The notes beneath the pieces were generated by a model, which saw only the letters and a list, made by a program, of their open reading frames with translations, searched no databases and was not told the DNA's origin. The translations under genes were made by a program, and so were the position numbers. 64,000 nt of DNA from positions 19,809-83,808 of the forward strand of contig JAXMCE010000001.1 of the NCBI GenBank assembly GCA_046349515.1, read 5' to 3'. How positions within the stretch are numbered: the stretch's first letter is position 1; each line of letters starts with the position of its first letter. This DNA comes from Alphaproteobacteria bacterium. GTDB lineage: Bacteria; Pseudomonadota; Alphaproteobacteria; CADEGL01. Of the stretch, positions 18,831 through 28,218 are shown in pieces.

Positions 18831-19229
18831 GTGAAGCCCGTGGCTGTCGGCACCGCGCACACGCGCAGCTTCGCGACCGTGCCCGAGCAATCGGCCGCGG
18901 CGACCGGCAACACCGGCATCGACGTCGTCTCCTCGGTCACGCTCATCGGCTTCATCGAGTACGCGTGTTACGAGATCATCGCGCCCTCGTTCGAGGCGGG
19001 CGAGGCGTCTGTCGGCGTCGGGTTCAACCTGACGCATGTGGCCCCGGCGCCGATCGGCGCCCCCATCACCGTGACGGCGCGCCTCATCCGCATCGAGGGA
19101 CGCAAATACGATTTCGAGACCGAGGCGCGCGCGGGCGAGCGCCTCCTCATGACCGGGACCCACCAGCGCGCGATCGTCGACCTCGCGCGGTTCGGTCCGG
19201 AGGAGCGCGCGCGCAAGAGCGCGCGCTGA
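18831..19229 (+). CDS. Hotdog-fold thioesterase (FlK-like family)
   Basis: 132 aa with a GTG start. The pattern VLSTP.LI..E..C is approximated by VVSSVTLIGFIEYACYE. The family assignment is from memory and is moderate. Confidence 0.6.
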   Translation: MKPVAVGTAHTRSFATVPEQSAAATGNTGIDVVSSVTLIGFIEYACYEIIAPSFEAGEASVGVGFNLTHVAPAPIGAPITVTARLIRIEGRKYDFETEARAGERLLMTGTHQRAIVDLARFGPEERARKSAR

Positions 19230-19251
19230 CGGCGCGGCACGCGTCAACGGA

Positions 19252-21678
19252 TCAGGCGCGAAGCCTCGCATTCGCCGGATCGTAGACCGGCTCGGCCAGC
19301 ACGTGGGCCGCCCGCCTCTCTCCCAGAAGTTCGATCGAGAGACGCGTTCCCGGCACCGCCGCGTCCGGACGCACATAGGCAAAGGCCAGCGACCGGCCCG
19401 TTCGGTGCCCGAAGGCGCCCGAGGAGGTGAGGCCCACCACCTGGCCGTTGGAGAACACAGCCTCGCCGCCGCGCGCGTCGGACTTGGCGTCTTCGATCGA
19501 GAGATAGGCAAGCCGGTAGGCAAGGGTCCCGGTCTTACGCGCGAGCGTGGCGGCACGGCCACGGAACTCGCCTTTCCCCGCGGCGAAGAAGCGCTCCATG
19601 TCGGCCTCAACCAGCGTGATCTCGTTGGTGAGCTCGCTGCCCCAGCCGCGATAGGCCTTCTCCATGCGGAGGCTGTTGAGCGCATAGAGGCCGAAATCGG
19701 CGATGCCGAGCGGCTCGCCCGCGCGCCAGACGAGGTCGTAGAGGCGCTTCATGTCGCCCGTCGGGACATGGAGCTCCCAGCCGAGCTCGCCCACATAGTT
19801 GACGCGGAGCGCCCGCAAGCCGACGCCGCCAAGCTTGAGCTCGCGCGCCGTGAGCCAGGGGAAGGCCGCGTTGCCGAGGTCTTCGTTGGTCAAGCCGGTC
19901 AGGAGATCGCGCGAGCGCGGCCCCGCGACCACGAGGACGCCGTGGCGATCAGTCACGTTGTCGACGCGAACGTCTTCGCCGGGCCGGCGCAACTGGGTCA
20001 AGAAATCGAGGTCGCGCCGCTCGGCCGCGATCGAGGAGAGAAGATAGAAGCGATCGTCCGCGAGGCGCGTGACGGTGAACTCCGTCTCGATCCGTCCGCT
20101 CTCAGTCAAGAGATGGCTCAAGACGATGCCGCCCGTCTTCCTCGGCAGGCGGTTCGAGAGAATGCGGTCGAGGAAGGACGCGGCACCGCGCCCCGACACT
20201 TCGAACTTGGCGAAGCTCGTGAGATCGGCGATGCCGACCCGCTCGGCGACCGCCCGGCACTCCTCGCCCACGGGCTCGAACACGTTGGTGCGCCCGAAGC
20301 CGGGCTCTTCGACCCGGCCGTCGCGCGAGAACCATTTGGGCCGCTCGTAGCCGCCGCCCTCGGTGAAGACGCAGCCCTTGGCGGCCAGGGTCTCGTGGAG
20401 CGGCGATGTGCGCGTCGGGCGTCCGGCCGGCCGCTCCTCGCCGGGCACGTGCGTCACGAACATGTGGTGATAGTCGTCGAAGGACTTGGCTCGCACGTAA
20501 TCCTTGTCGGCGTAAGGGCCGAAGCGGCGCGAATCGAAATCCTTCATGTTGATCTCGGCCGCGCCCTCGACCATCCACTGCGCCAAGTACTTGCCGCAGC
20601 CGGCGCCTTGCGCGATGCCGACCGAGCAGCCGCAGCACAGCCAGAAGTTGCGCAGGCCCGCGGCCGGGCCGAGCAAGGGATTGCCGTCCGGCGAGTGCGG
20701 AATGGCGCCGTTCACGATGCGCTTGATGCCAACCGTGGCGAAGATCGGCATGCGCTCCATCACGCGCCCGAGCCAGACGTCGATCCGGTCGAGATCGCCC
20801 GCGAAGAGCTCGTTGCTCGACGGCCAGTCGGGCGAACCGCCGCGGGCGCTCCACGCCTCCTCAGCGCCCTGGTGCTCGTAGATGCCGATCAACCCCGCCT
20901 TTTGCTCCTGCCGGTAGTAGCCGGCCGTGTAGGGATCGCGCATGACCGGGATCTCCTCCCGGCGCTCCTGGAACTCCTTGATCGTCTCGGTCACGAGGTA
21001 CTGGTGTTCCATGTTGGTGATGGGAACGTCGATGCCGACCATCTGGCCGATCTCGCGAGCATTGCAGCCGGCGGCGTTCACCACGTGCTCGGCCAGGAAA
21101 TCGCCCTTCTCGCTCTCGACGAGCCAGGCGCCATCGCGCTGCCGGGTGATGGCCGTCACCCGGCAGCGGCGCAGGATCTCGGCGCCGAGATTACGCGCCG
21201 CGATCGCGAGCGCGTTGCAGCAGCCGGCGGGATCGACATGGCCGTCATCGAGGGTCCAGGCGCCGGCGACGACGCCGTCGACCGTGAGGAAGGGATTGAT
21301 CTTCCGAATCTCGTCCGGCCCGACGATCTCCATGCGGAAGCCGATCTCGTGGGCGGAGCTCTGCACATACTTGAACCAGTCGAGCTCGTCGCGGTTGGTC
21401 GCGATGCGAATGCCGCCGCAGCCGTGCCAGCCCGTGTATTGACCGGTCATGGCCTCGAGCTTCGGGTAGAGCGTGTTCGCGTAGTGGTGGATCTTGCCGA
21501 TGGCGTAGTTGCCGAGGACGCTCGCGACCTGCCCCGCGGCGTGCCAGGTCGAGCCCGAGGTGAGCTCGCCCTTCTCGATCAAGAGCACATCCTTCCAGCC
21601 GAGCTCCGCCAAGTGATAGAGGAGGCCCACCCCCATCATGCCACCGCCGATGATGACCACGCGCTTCGTTTGAGGCAT
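19252..21678 (-). CDS. Dimethylglycine/sarcosine dehydrogenase family protein (FAD oxidoreductase fused to GcvT-like folate domain)
   Basis: 808 aa. N-terminal FAD motif VVIIGGGMMGVGLLYHLA and the covalent-flavin region SGSTWHAAGQ are present, followed by a C-terminal aminomethyltransferase-like domain. Confidence 0.9.
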   Translation of the reverse strand: MPQTKRVVIIGGGMMGVGLLYHLAELGWKDVLLIEKGELTSGSTWHAAGQVASVLGNYAIGKIHHYANTLYPKLEAMTGQYTGWHGCGGIRIATNRDELDWFKYVQSSAHEIGFRMEIVGPDEIRKINPFLTVDGVVAGAWTLDDGHVDPAGCCNALAIAARNLGAEILRRCRVTAITRQRDGAWLVESEKGDFLAEHVVNAAGCNAREIGQMVGIDVPITNMEHQYLVTETIKEFQERREEIPVMRDPYTAGYYRQEQKAGLIGIYEHQGAEEAWSARGGSPDWPSSNELFAGDLDRIDVWLGRVMERMPIFATVGIKRIVNGAIPHSPDGNPLLGPAAGLRNFWLCCGCSVGIAQGAGCGKYLAQWMVEGAAEINMKDFDSRRFGPYADKDYVRAKSFDDYHHMFVTHVPGEERPAGRPTRTSPLHETLAAKGCVFTEGGGYERPKWFSRDGRVEEPGFGRTNVFEPVGEECRAVAERVGIADLTSFAKFEVSGRGAASFLDRILSNRLPRKTGGIVLSHLLTESGRIETEFTVTRLADDRFYLLSSIAAERRDLDFLTQLRRPGEDVRVDNVTDRHGVLVVAGPRSRDLLTGLTNEDLGNAAFPWLTARELKLGGVGLRALRVNYVGELGWELHVPTGDMKRLYDLVWRAGEPLGIADFGLYALNSLRMEKAYRGWGSELTNEITLVEADMERFFAAGKGEFRGRAATLARKTGTLAYRLAYLSIEDAKSDARGGEAVFSNGQVVGLTSSGAFGHRTGRSLAFAYVRPDAAVPGTRLSIELLGERRAAHVLAEPVYDPANARLRA

Positions 21679-21816
21679 GACGCGTCTCCCTGTCCCGATC
21701 GCGATGCGGCGGTGGGCGGCCGATCGCCTCCCAATGGGAGGCTAGAGCAAGGGCTGTCGCCGCTCCAGCGCGCCGATGCGGGAGCGACGTGATTTCGCAG
21801 GCGATCGAAGGTGCGG

Positions 21817-22368
21817 TTAGCCCGCCACGCTCTTTTTGTGGATCTGCGCGTAGTGCATGTAGCGCTTGGGCGCGTCCTCGAGCTCGAAGGCTTCCTCGGG
21901 CTTCAGGTCCCGGAAGTACTTCGCGGGCACGCCGGCCCAGAGCTGGCCCTTCTGCACCCGCCGGCCCGGGGGCACGAGCGCGCCCGCCGCCACCATCGAG
22001 CCCGATTCCAGGACGCAGCCATCCATCACGCAGGCCTTCATGCCGACGAAGGAATTGTCGCCCATGGTGCAGCCATGGACGATGGCGATATGGCCGATGA
22101 GGCAGTGCTTGCCGATGATGGTCGGGAACTCGCGGTCGACATGGACGATCGTGCCGTCCTGGATGTTCGAGCCCTCGCCCACGCGGATGTGGTTCACGTC
22201 GCCTCGGAGCACGCAGTTGTACCAGATGCTGGCGCCCGGCCCGACCTCGACGTCGCCGATGAGGATGGCGCCGGGAGCGATGAAGGCGTCGGGTGCCACC
22301 TTGGGCCGCTTGTCCTGGTAGGGAAGAAGGAGGCCGCTCAACCCAGGCCTGCCGCCATCCGCGTTCAT
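21817..22368 (-). CDS. Gamma-carbonic-anhydrase-like / hexapeptide-repeat protein
   Basis: Left-handed beta-helix repeats (IGDVEVGPGASIWYNCVLRGDVNHIRVGEGSNIQDGTIVH). The ATG at 22368 has a GGGGAGA Shine-Dalgarno. Confidence 0.85.
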   Translation of the reverse strand: MNADGGRPGLSGLLLPYQDKRPKVAPDAFIAPGAILIGDVEVGPGASIWYNCVLRGDVNHIRVGEGSNIQDGTIVHVDREFPTIIGKHCLIGHIAIVHGCTMGDNSFVGMKACVMDGCVLESGSMVAAGALVPPGRRVQKGQLWAGVPAKYFRDLKPEEAFELEDAPKRYMHYAQIHKKSVAG

Positions 22369-22450
22369 GCTTGTCTCCCCTTCTTCCTGCACTTCAACGA
22401 TGGGCACATCACGATTCGTGCTTCATAACGCGCGCTTCACGACCGGCGTG

Positions 22451-23611
22451 TCATGATTCTGGCATGGCGAGCACCTTGGCGCGCCGCGTCAGGTACCAAC
22501 CATATTGCACCGGCCACTGCTCGAACTCGGGATCGGCGCCGAGCGCCTGGGCCGCATGCACCGCCCAATTGGGGTTGTACAACAGCTCGCGCGCGATCGC
22601 GATGAGGTCGGCCTTGCCCTCGCGCAAGATCGCCTCGGCCTGGAGCGCCTCGAGGATGAAACCGACGGCCATGGTCTTCATGCCGGCCTCGCGCCGGACG
22701 CGATCGGCATAGGGCACCTGGAAGCCGAGCTTGGGGCGCGTGCGCGCGGCCGCGGCGACGGTCGCGCCGTGGATGCCGCCCGACGAGCAATCGATCACGT
22801 CGACGCCGCGCGCCTTCAAGGCCTTGGCCAGCTCGACCGTGTCCTCGATCGACCAGCCGCCCTCGGCGCCATCGACCGAGGAGGTGCGGAAGAACAGGGG
22901 CAGGTGATCGGGCCACTCGGCCCTCACCGCCTCCGTCACCTCCATCGCGAAGCGCATGCGCCGCGCGAGATCGCCGCCATAGGCGTCGTTCCGCCGGTTC
23001 GAAAGCGGCGAAAGGAAGGAATGGATGAGATAGCCGTGCGCGCCGTGGATCTCGAGAATCTCGAATCCGGCCTTAAGCGCCCGCCGCGTCGCCTCGCGCC
23101 AGGATTCGATGAGACGTTGGATCTCGTCGACCGACAGCGGGTGGGGCGTGGGCCAGCCGGGGGCGACCGCCTCGGGCGAGGGCGCGACCACCTCCCAGGG
23201 CGCGTCGCCGCGCGCGGCATCGGCCGCCCCGAGGGCGAGATTGCCTTCCCACGGGCGCTGGGCGCTCGCCTTACGCCCCGCATGGGCCAGCTGGATCGCG
23301 GGGATGGCGCCGTGGCGCTTGTAGATCTCGGCGACGCGCGCGAAGCCCGCCACATGCCCGTCGGTCCAGAGCCCCGGGCAGCCATGGGTGATGCGGCCGC
23401 GCGCTTCGACCCCCGTCGCCTCGACCATGCCGATCGCGACGCCGCCGAGGGCGAACTTGCTGTGGTGCACCTCGTGCCAGGCCGTGAGGTGGCCGTTCTC
23501 CGCCGAGTACTGGCACATGGGCGAGACGACGACGCGATTTTTCGCGGTCAAGCCGCGGAGCGCGAGCGGCGAGAACAGGAGACTCTTCGTTCCGTCATTC
23601 GCTGGAGACAC
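22451..23611 (-). CDS. NADH:flavin oxidoreductase (Old Yellow Enzyme family)
   Basis: 386 aa with OYE motifs: NRVVVSPMCQY, GFEILEIHGAHGYLIHSFLSP and NRRNDAYGG. GTG start with a GGAGG Shine-Dalgarno. Confidence 0.9.
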   Translation of the reverse strand: MSPANDGTKSLLFSPLALRGLTAKNRVVVSPMCQYSAENGHLTAWHEVHHSKFALGGVAIGMVEATGVEARGRITHGCPGLWTDGHVAGFARVAEIYKRHGAIPAIQLAHAGRKASAQRPWEGNLALGAADAARGDAPWEVVAPSPEAVAPGWPTPHPLSVDEIQRLIESWREATRRALKAGFEILEIHGAHGYLIHSFLSPLSNRRNDAYGGDLARRMRFAMEVTEAVRAEWPDHLPLFFRTSSVDGAEGGWSIEDTVELAKALKARGVDVIDCSSGGIHGATVAAAARTRPKLGFQVPYADRVRREAGMKTMAVGFILEALQAEAILREGKADLIAIARELLYNPNWAVHAAQALGADPEFEQWPVQYGWYLTRRAKVLAMPES

Positions 23612-23712
23612 CGGGCCCCTCCTTCTTCTCCCCGTTCCGCCGGGCCCTGCCCTGTACCTGAGGGGGGTGGCGGTTTCAAGGGCGCATTCGGCCCGTCCGC
23701 GCGGTCGCGCGA

Positions 23713-24351
23713 TCAGGTCTCCGGCATGTCGCGGAAGGATTGCGAGGACGGATCAAGCTGGAGCAGCCGACCGGTCTCGATGTCGAAGTACCAACCATGA
23801 AGCGCGAGCCTGGACCCGGCGACGCGCTCGGCGATCCAGGGGAACGTCATGAGGTTGTCGAGCGAGACCTTGACCGTCGCATGCTCGCCCGCGCGCTGGC
23901 GTCGGGAGACCGGCAACGCGGCCACGCGATCGCGCGCGGCCCCCGCGATCGACATCCAGGCGCCGACGAAATCGTCGCCCTTGCCCGCGACCGGCGAGCC
24001 TTCGATGAGCGCCCGCACGCCCCCGCACTGGGCATGGCCGAGCACGACGATGTGCTCGACGCCGAGGACCTGGACCGCGAATTCGAGCGCGGCGCTCGTG
24101 CCGTGATAGCGGCCGTCCGGCGCGTAAGGCGGCACGAGGTTGGCCACGTTCCGCACCACGAACACGTCGCCCGGCCCCGCGCCGAGGATGAGAAGCGGAT
24201 CGACGCGCGAATCGGCGCAGCCGATGACCATGACCTTGGGCGCCTGCCCTTCGCGCGCGAGCGCATCGAACAGCGGCTTGTTCGCCTCGTAGTAGCTCTC
24301 GCGAAACGCGCGGAACCCGTCGACCAGCCGTTCGAGCGTCCGTATCGGCAT
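23713..24351 (-). CDS. Beta-class carbonic anhydrase
   Basis: 212 aa from MPIRTLERLVDGF. Zn-ligand motifs CADSRV and HAQCGG are present. A GGAGGAGG Shine-Dalgarno precedes the ATG at 24351. Confidence 0.9.
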   Translation of the reverse strand: MPIRTLERLVDGFRAFRESYYEANKPLFDALAREGQAPKVMVIGCADSRVDPLLILGAGPGDVFVVRNVANLVPPYAPDGRYHGTSAALEFAVQVLGVEHIVVLGHAQCGGVRALIEGSPVAGKGDDFVGAWMSIAGAARDRVAALPVSRRQRAGEHATVKVSLDNLMTFPWIAERVAGSRLALHGWYFDIETGRLLQLDPSSQSFRDMPET

Positions 24352-24440
24352 GAACCCCTCCTCCCGCGCGGCCCGCTTGTGCCGCACATCCCGGACGATC
24401 AAGATGCGTCGCGTTCGATCCAAGACAAGGGGGGGCGGCA

Positions 24441-25652
24441 ATGGCCAAGGCAGCGAAAGTGAAGGCAGTGAAACTCGGGCACCGCGAGTTGCCCCGCTTC
24501 ACCGAGGCCGAATTCGCGCACCGGGTCGAGCGCGCGAAGTCGCTCATGACCGAGCATAAGCTCGACGGCATGCTGCTCTCGGTCGAGCAGAACATCGAAT
24601 ACATGTCCGGCTTCGTCTCGCAGTTCCCCTGGTCGAGCCCGAGCCGGCCCTGGTATTTCATCATCGACCGCGAGGGCAACGGCACGGGCGTGATCCCCGA
24701 GTTCGGCGAGACCTGCTGGCGCGGCTCGTCCTGGGCCAAGACCGTGCTCACCTGGCCCTCGCCCCGGCCCGAGAACGAGGGCATCGACCTCGTCGCCAAG
24801 GCCGTCTCCGGCATCAAGCGCAAGTTCGGACGCTTCGGCATGGAGTTCGGCCTCGAAAGCCGGCTCGGCACGACGATGGGCGACATGATGCGGATCGCCG
24901 ACGCGATCCGCCCCTTCGAGGCGGTCGACTGCATCCCGGTCATGCGGCGTCTCCGCTACATCAAGTCGGCCGCCGAGATCGCGCATATCCGCCGCGCCTG
25001 CACCATCGGCTCCGACACCTTCGACGCCATGGCCAAGTTCATCGCCGACGGCGACAGCGAGTCCGAGATCTGCCGCAAGTTCGCGGCGCACGCGCTCATG
25101 CTCGGCGCGGACAAGGTGCCCTTCACCGCGATCGGCACCGGCAAGGGCGGCTACGATTCGATCGTGCAGGGCCCGTCCGACCGGAGAGTCCGGAAGGGCG
25201 ACATCGTGTTCCTCGACACGGGCGTCAAGTATCGCGGCTATTTCTGCGACTTCGACCGCAACTTCGCGTTGGGCGAGCCGCCGGACGAGGCCAAGCGCCT
25301 CCATGCGCTTCTCTGGCGCGCGACCGAGGCCGGCATCAAGGCGGCGGTGCCCGGCAACACGGCGGAAGGCGTCTTCCGCGCCCAGGCGAAGGTGCTCGAG
25401 GATGCGGGCATCGTGCTGGGGAACGTGGGGCGCATGGGCCACGGTCTCGGCAAGAACATGACCGAGTATCCCTCGAACATGCTGGGCGACCGGACCAAGC
25501 TCGAAGTGGGCACGGTGCTCACGATCGAGCCGGGCGCCATGTTCGGCAAGAACAAGATCCTCGTCCACGAGGAGGACCTCGTCGTCACCGAGGACGGGCC
25601 GAAGCTCCTGACCCGGCGCTGCGCGAAGGAGATGCCGGTGGTGAAGGTCTGA
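24441..25652 (+). CDS. M24-family metallohydrolase (creatinase/Xaa-Pro peptidase fold), paralogue A
   Basis: 403 aa with a creatinase-type N-domain plus a pita-bread domain. The metal ligands appear intact: LDTG, CDFDR, GHGLG, TIEPG and HEED. It is a paralogue of 29412-30605. Confidence 0.85.
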   Translation: MAKAAKVKAVKLGHRELPRFTEAEFAHRVERAKSLMTEHKLDGMLLSVEQNIEYMSGFVSQFPWSSPSRPWYFIIDREGNGTGVIPEFGETCWRGSSWAKTVLTWPSPRPENEGIDLVAKAVSGIKRKFGRFGMEFGLESRLGTTMGDMMRIADAIRPFEAVDCIPVMRRLRYIKSAAEIAHIRRACTIGSDTFDAMAKFIADGDSESEICRKFAAHALMLGADKVPFTAIGTGKGGYDSIVQGPSDRRVRKGDIVFLDTGVKYRGYFCDFDRNFALGEPPDEAKRLHALLWRATEAGIKAAVPGNTAEGVFRAQAKVLEDAGIVLGNVGRMGHGLGKNMTEYPSNMLGDRTKLEVGTVLTIEPGAMFGKNKILVHEEDLVVTEDGPKLLTRRCAKEMPVVKV

Positions 25653-25662
25653 GCCGAGGCGC

Positions 25663-27258
25663 TCAGAACGGCAAGGGCGTCTCGAGCTCGAGGATCCACT
25701 TGTAGGTCCGGGACGGCGTCGCGTCGGTCAAGCCGAAGAGCAGCGAGCCGATGTATTTGAGCGTGAGCGGCTGCGCGCCGATGTTGAACTTGAACGCGCC
25801 GTTCACGGCCGGCCCGACCCGGTGGTCTTGTTGGTTGAGCGGACTGCTGTGGGTCACCTCGCCGATGTTGCCGAAGGCCTGGAAGCCGGGCTCGAGCTCG
25901 GGGAAGATCCGGTAGCGCGTGTGCACGCCATATTGGAACTCGGTGCCGCCCTCGGCCTTGCTGCCGATGGGCGACGGGAACAGCGCGTTGATCGTCGTCG
26001 TGAGGTTGCCGAAGCTCTTCTCGACCAAGGGGCCGAAGGTGACTTCGTCCGCGACGTCGGTGAGAAACGCCTTCTCGTATTTGAGGAACATGCCGAAATC
26101 GAGCCAGTACTTGCCCGTCGGCAGGAGCTGGAACGTGTTCTCGAACTCGAAGGCATGGGAGCGCAACCGGTCGCCGGGCTCGCGCTCGAGCTCGTAGCCG
26201 AATTCAAACTTCCAATTGTCCGTGACGCCGTAGCCGAGCTCGTATTCGTAGTTGCGTTCGTTTCGCTTCGTCGGGTCCTTGTCCTTCGTGACGAAGCCCT
26301 GGAACTCGAACTCGGCCTCGCCCTTCGTCACGACGGGACTGAAGACCTCGAAATCGGCCTTGGCGTGGCGCGGCAAGAGGTTCGCGGCGAGCGCGGCCGA
26401 CAATGCGACGGCGAGAAGGGAGACGCGCGAAGGCGTGGCGATGGGACGCGGCTTTGGCTGCTGGCCCAGCAACTTCATGAGAGTGGCGATCACGATGATG
26501 GTCCCCATGTAGAAGGCGATTTCGATGCCGCTCGGGCTCGCGGTGTAGCCGATGAGCGTGTGGAGGATCCGGCCGAGGACGTCGCGGTCGGAAAGCAAGC
26601 CGGTCGTGTCCCAGATCGCTTTGCCGAGCGGCGGCAGGAGATCGGCGCGCACGAGGAAATCCGCGCCCTGCGCCGCCATGCCGGCGGCGAGGAGGAGGAT
26701 CATCCAGCTCGTGGCGGCGAAAAGGTGCCGGGTCGGGATGCGGAGAAGACCGAGATAGAGCGCGAGCCCGAGGATGGCGCCGCCCGCGAGTCCGAGAATG
26801 CCGCCGAGGATCATGCCCCAGCCGTCCGCACCCTCGCTGATCGCGATGCCGTAAAGGAAAAGGACGACTTCCGAGCCTTCGCGCAACACCGCGACGGCGA
26901 CGACGATGGCGAGCGCATAGAGAGGCCGGTGTCCCGCGACGACGGCACGCCCCACCGCCCCCATCTCCGCGGCGATCGCGCGGCCATGGCGTCCCATCCA
27001 GATGTTGTGCCATGCGAGCATCGCGACAGCGGCGAAGAGGACCGCGGCATTGAACAGCTCCTGGCCCACGCCCTCGGCCATCGATGCCAACGCCTGGCCG
27101 AAGATCGCAACGGTGCCGGCGCCGAGCACGCCCGCGCCGACACCGGTCGCCACCCACCGCCCGCGTCCCGCGACTCCCTTCGTCGCCGCCATGACGATGC
27201 CGACGATGAGCGCCGCCTCGAGGACCTCTCGGAAGACGATGATGAGGGTTGCAAGCAT
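25663..27258 (-). CDS. FTR1/EfeU-type iron permease continuing in frame into a ~230-aa outer-membrane-barrel-like domain
   Basis: 531-codon ORF. Residues 1-~275 have two REXXE motifs (REVLE, REGSE) and multiple hydrophobic spans. Residues ~277-301 resemble a signal peptide (SRVSLLAVALSAALAANLLPRHAKA). Residues 302-531 are beta-rich and end ...ETPLPF. There is no in-frame stop between the parts. Confidence 0.75.
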   Translation of the reverse strand: MLATLIIVFREVLEAALIVGIVMAATKGVAGRGRWVATGVGAGVLGAGTVAIFGQALASMAEGVGQELFNAAVLFAAVAMLAWHNIWMGRHGRAIAAEMGAVGRAVVAGHRPLYALAIVVAVAVLREGSEVVLFLYGIAISEGADGWGMILGGILGLAGGAILGLALYLGLLRIPTRHLFAATSWMILLLAAGMAAQGADFLVRADLLPPLGKAIWDTTGLLSDRDVLGRILHTLIGYTASPSGIEIAFYMGTIIVIATLMKLLGQQPKPRPIATPSRVSLLAVALSAALAANLLPRHAKADFEVFSPVVTKGEAEFEFQGFVTKDKDPTKRNERNYEYELGYGVTDNWKFEFGYELEREPGDRLRSHAFEFENTFQLLPTGKYWLDFGMFLKYEKAFLTDVADEVTFGPLVEKSFGNLTTTINALFPSPIGSKAEGGTEFQYGVHTRYRIFPELEPGFQAFGNIGEVTHSSPLNQQDHRVGPAVNGAFKFNIGAQPLTLKYIGSLLFGLTDATPSRTYKWILELETPLPF

Positions 27259-27288
27259 GGGGGCGTCTCCGGGGACTCTCGCCAGGGC

Positions 27289-27630
27289 CTATTTGACGAC
27301 GATGACGCCCTTCGCCGTGTCCTGATGGAAATCGCCGAAGAACTTGTAGGACCCCGGCTTCAGCGGGCCGACATAGACCGCGACCTCGCCCCCGCCCGGG
27401 ACGATCTTCTCGCGCCTGAGCTCGATGCTCTCGAACTCCTCAGGCGTCGGGTCCAGATTCTTGACGATGATCTTCACCTTCGTTCCGGCGGGCAGGATGA
27501 GTTCGGCCGGCTCGAAGCGATGGTCCTTGATGGTGAGGTTCGCGGTCGGCTCCTCCGCGGCGCTCGCCGTCGCTCTGAGGGTGCCTGCGCCTAGGAGTAG
27601 AATTGCAAGGACTAAGCCCAGCGTTCGCAT
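27289..27630 (-). CDS. Periplasmic cupredoxin-fold protein (FtrB/EfeO-N-like)
   Basis: 113 aa from MRTLGLVLAILLLGAG, which is a signal peptide. The cupredoxin_1-type pattern is present (FEPAELILPAGTKVKIIVKNLD...EEFES...LKPGSYKFFGDFH). An alternative ATG lies at 27651. Confidence 0.75.
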   Translation of the reverse strand: MRTLGLVLAILLLGAGTLRATASAAEEPTANLTIKDHRFEPAELILPAGTKVKIIVKNLDPTPEEFESIELRREKIVPGGGEVAVYVGPLKPGSYKFFGDFHQDTAKGVIVVK

Positions 27631-27667
27631 GGTAATTTTGCCTATATGCATATGGTTCTCATTCGCA

Positions 27668-27696
27668 GTTATATCGCTATTGATAATTACTCGCAA
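27668..27696 (-). promoter_or_regulatory. Candidate sigma70-type promoter of the cupredoxin-FTR1 operon
   Basis: On the minus strand: TTGCGA - 17 nt - TATAAC. The AT-rich spacer GTAATTATCAATAGCGA could hold an operator. Confidence 0.4.
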
Positions 27697-27711
27697 CAAA
27701 AAAGCGACGAT

Positions 27712-27721
27712 CCCCCCCCCC
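27712..27721. repeat. Homopolymeric C10 (G10 on the coding strand of the Ftr operon)
   Basis: A run of ten C read directly from the sequence. It lies 16 nt upstream of the candidate -35 hexamer. Confidence 0.9.
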
Positions 27722-27851
27722 TCGCCGGCTCGCGATGGGCGCCAAGCGCCCGCAATCCCACCGACGCGTGCTCGTGCCGGCCGCAGAGCCGCGACGCACG
27801 ACCGCCAACGATTCGCCCGAAAGCGATGCTAGCCATGCTCTGTCGCGGGAC

Positions 27852-27907
27852 GATGCCGGAGGCCCCAAAGATGCCAGAGGCCCCAGACTCGAATCCCAGA
27901 CTCGAAT
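27852..27907. repeat. Nested short tandem repeats in non-coding DNA
   Basis: An 18-nt unit occurs twice (gatgccggaggccccaaa / gatgccagaggccccaga, 16/18 identical). This is followed, with overlap, by a perfect 13-nt unit twice (cccagactcgaat). Confidence 0.85.
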
Positions 27908-28074
27908 CCGGAGAACGGCCTGGCCTCTCCAGATGAGCCAGGACCTCGCGCGAGTGGGACTTTGAAGGAGGGCTAAAGGACCTTAAGCAAATTTAACTTT
28001 TGTTAACCATTGCATCCTATGGTACCTCAACGTGCAACAAGGGCGATGAACGCCCGTGGGTGGGGATCTTGAGA

Positions 28075-28218
28075 ATGGCCGAAACAAAACTTGCGCTTGG
28101 CGCGACACTCTTTCTCGCATTGATGCTCCTCGTGGGCGCGCTGCTCACGGAGGCGCCGGACTCGGCGGCCGCGAACGCGCCGACCAATCCGACGCAGACG
28201 AGCGAAGCGCAGCGCTGA
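28075..28218 (+). CDS. Possible small membrane/secreted peptide (47 aa)
   Basis: MAETKLALGATLFLALMLLVGALLTEAP... has one hydrophobic helix. The Shine-Dalgarno is weak and the ORF sits in a lower-GC gap. Speculative. Confidence 0.25.
   Translation: MAETKLALGATLFLALMLLVGALLTEAPDSAAANAPTNPTQTSEAQR

Noticed and set aside
26478-26478. An internal ATG as an independent start for the barrel-like domain of the FTR1 ORF.
   Set aside because: It is not rejected outright, but no Shine-Dalgarno precedes it and it lies inside the last permease helix. It is therefore not annotated as a separate gene.
27631-27700. A Fur box in the Ftr operon promoter.
   Set aside because: GTAATTATCAATAGCGATA matches the 19-bp Fur consensus poorly in any register. 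Alphaproteobacteria also often use Irr or RirA instead. It is kept only as an unspecified possible operator.
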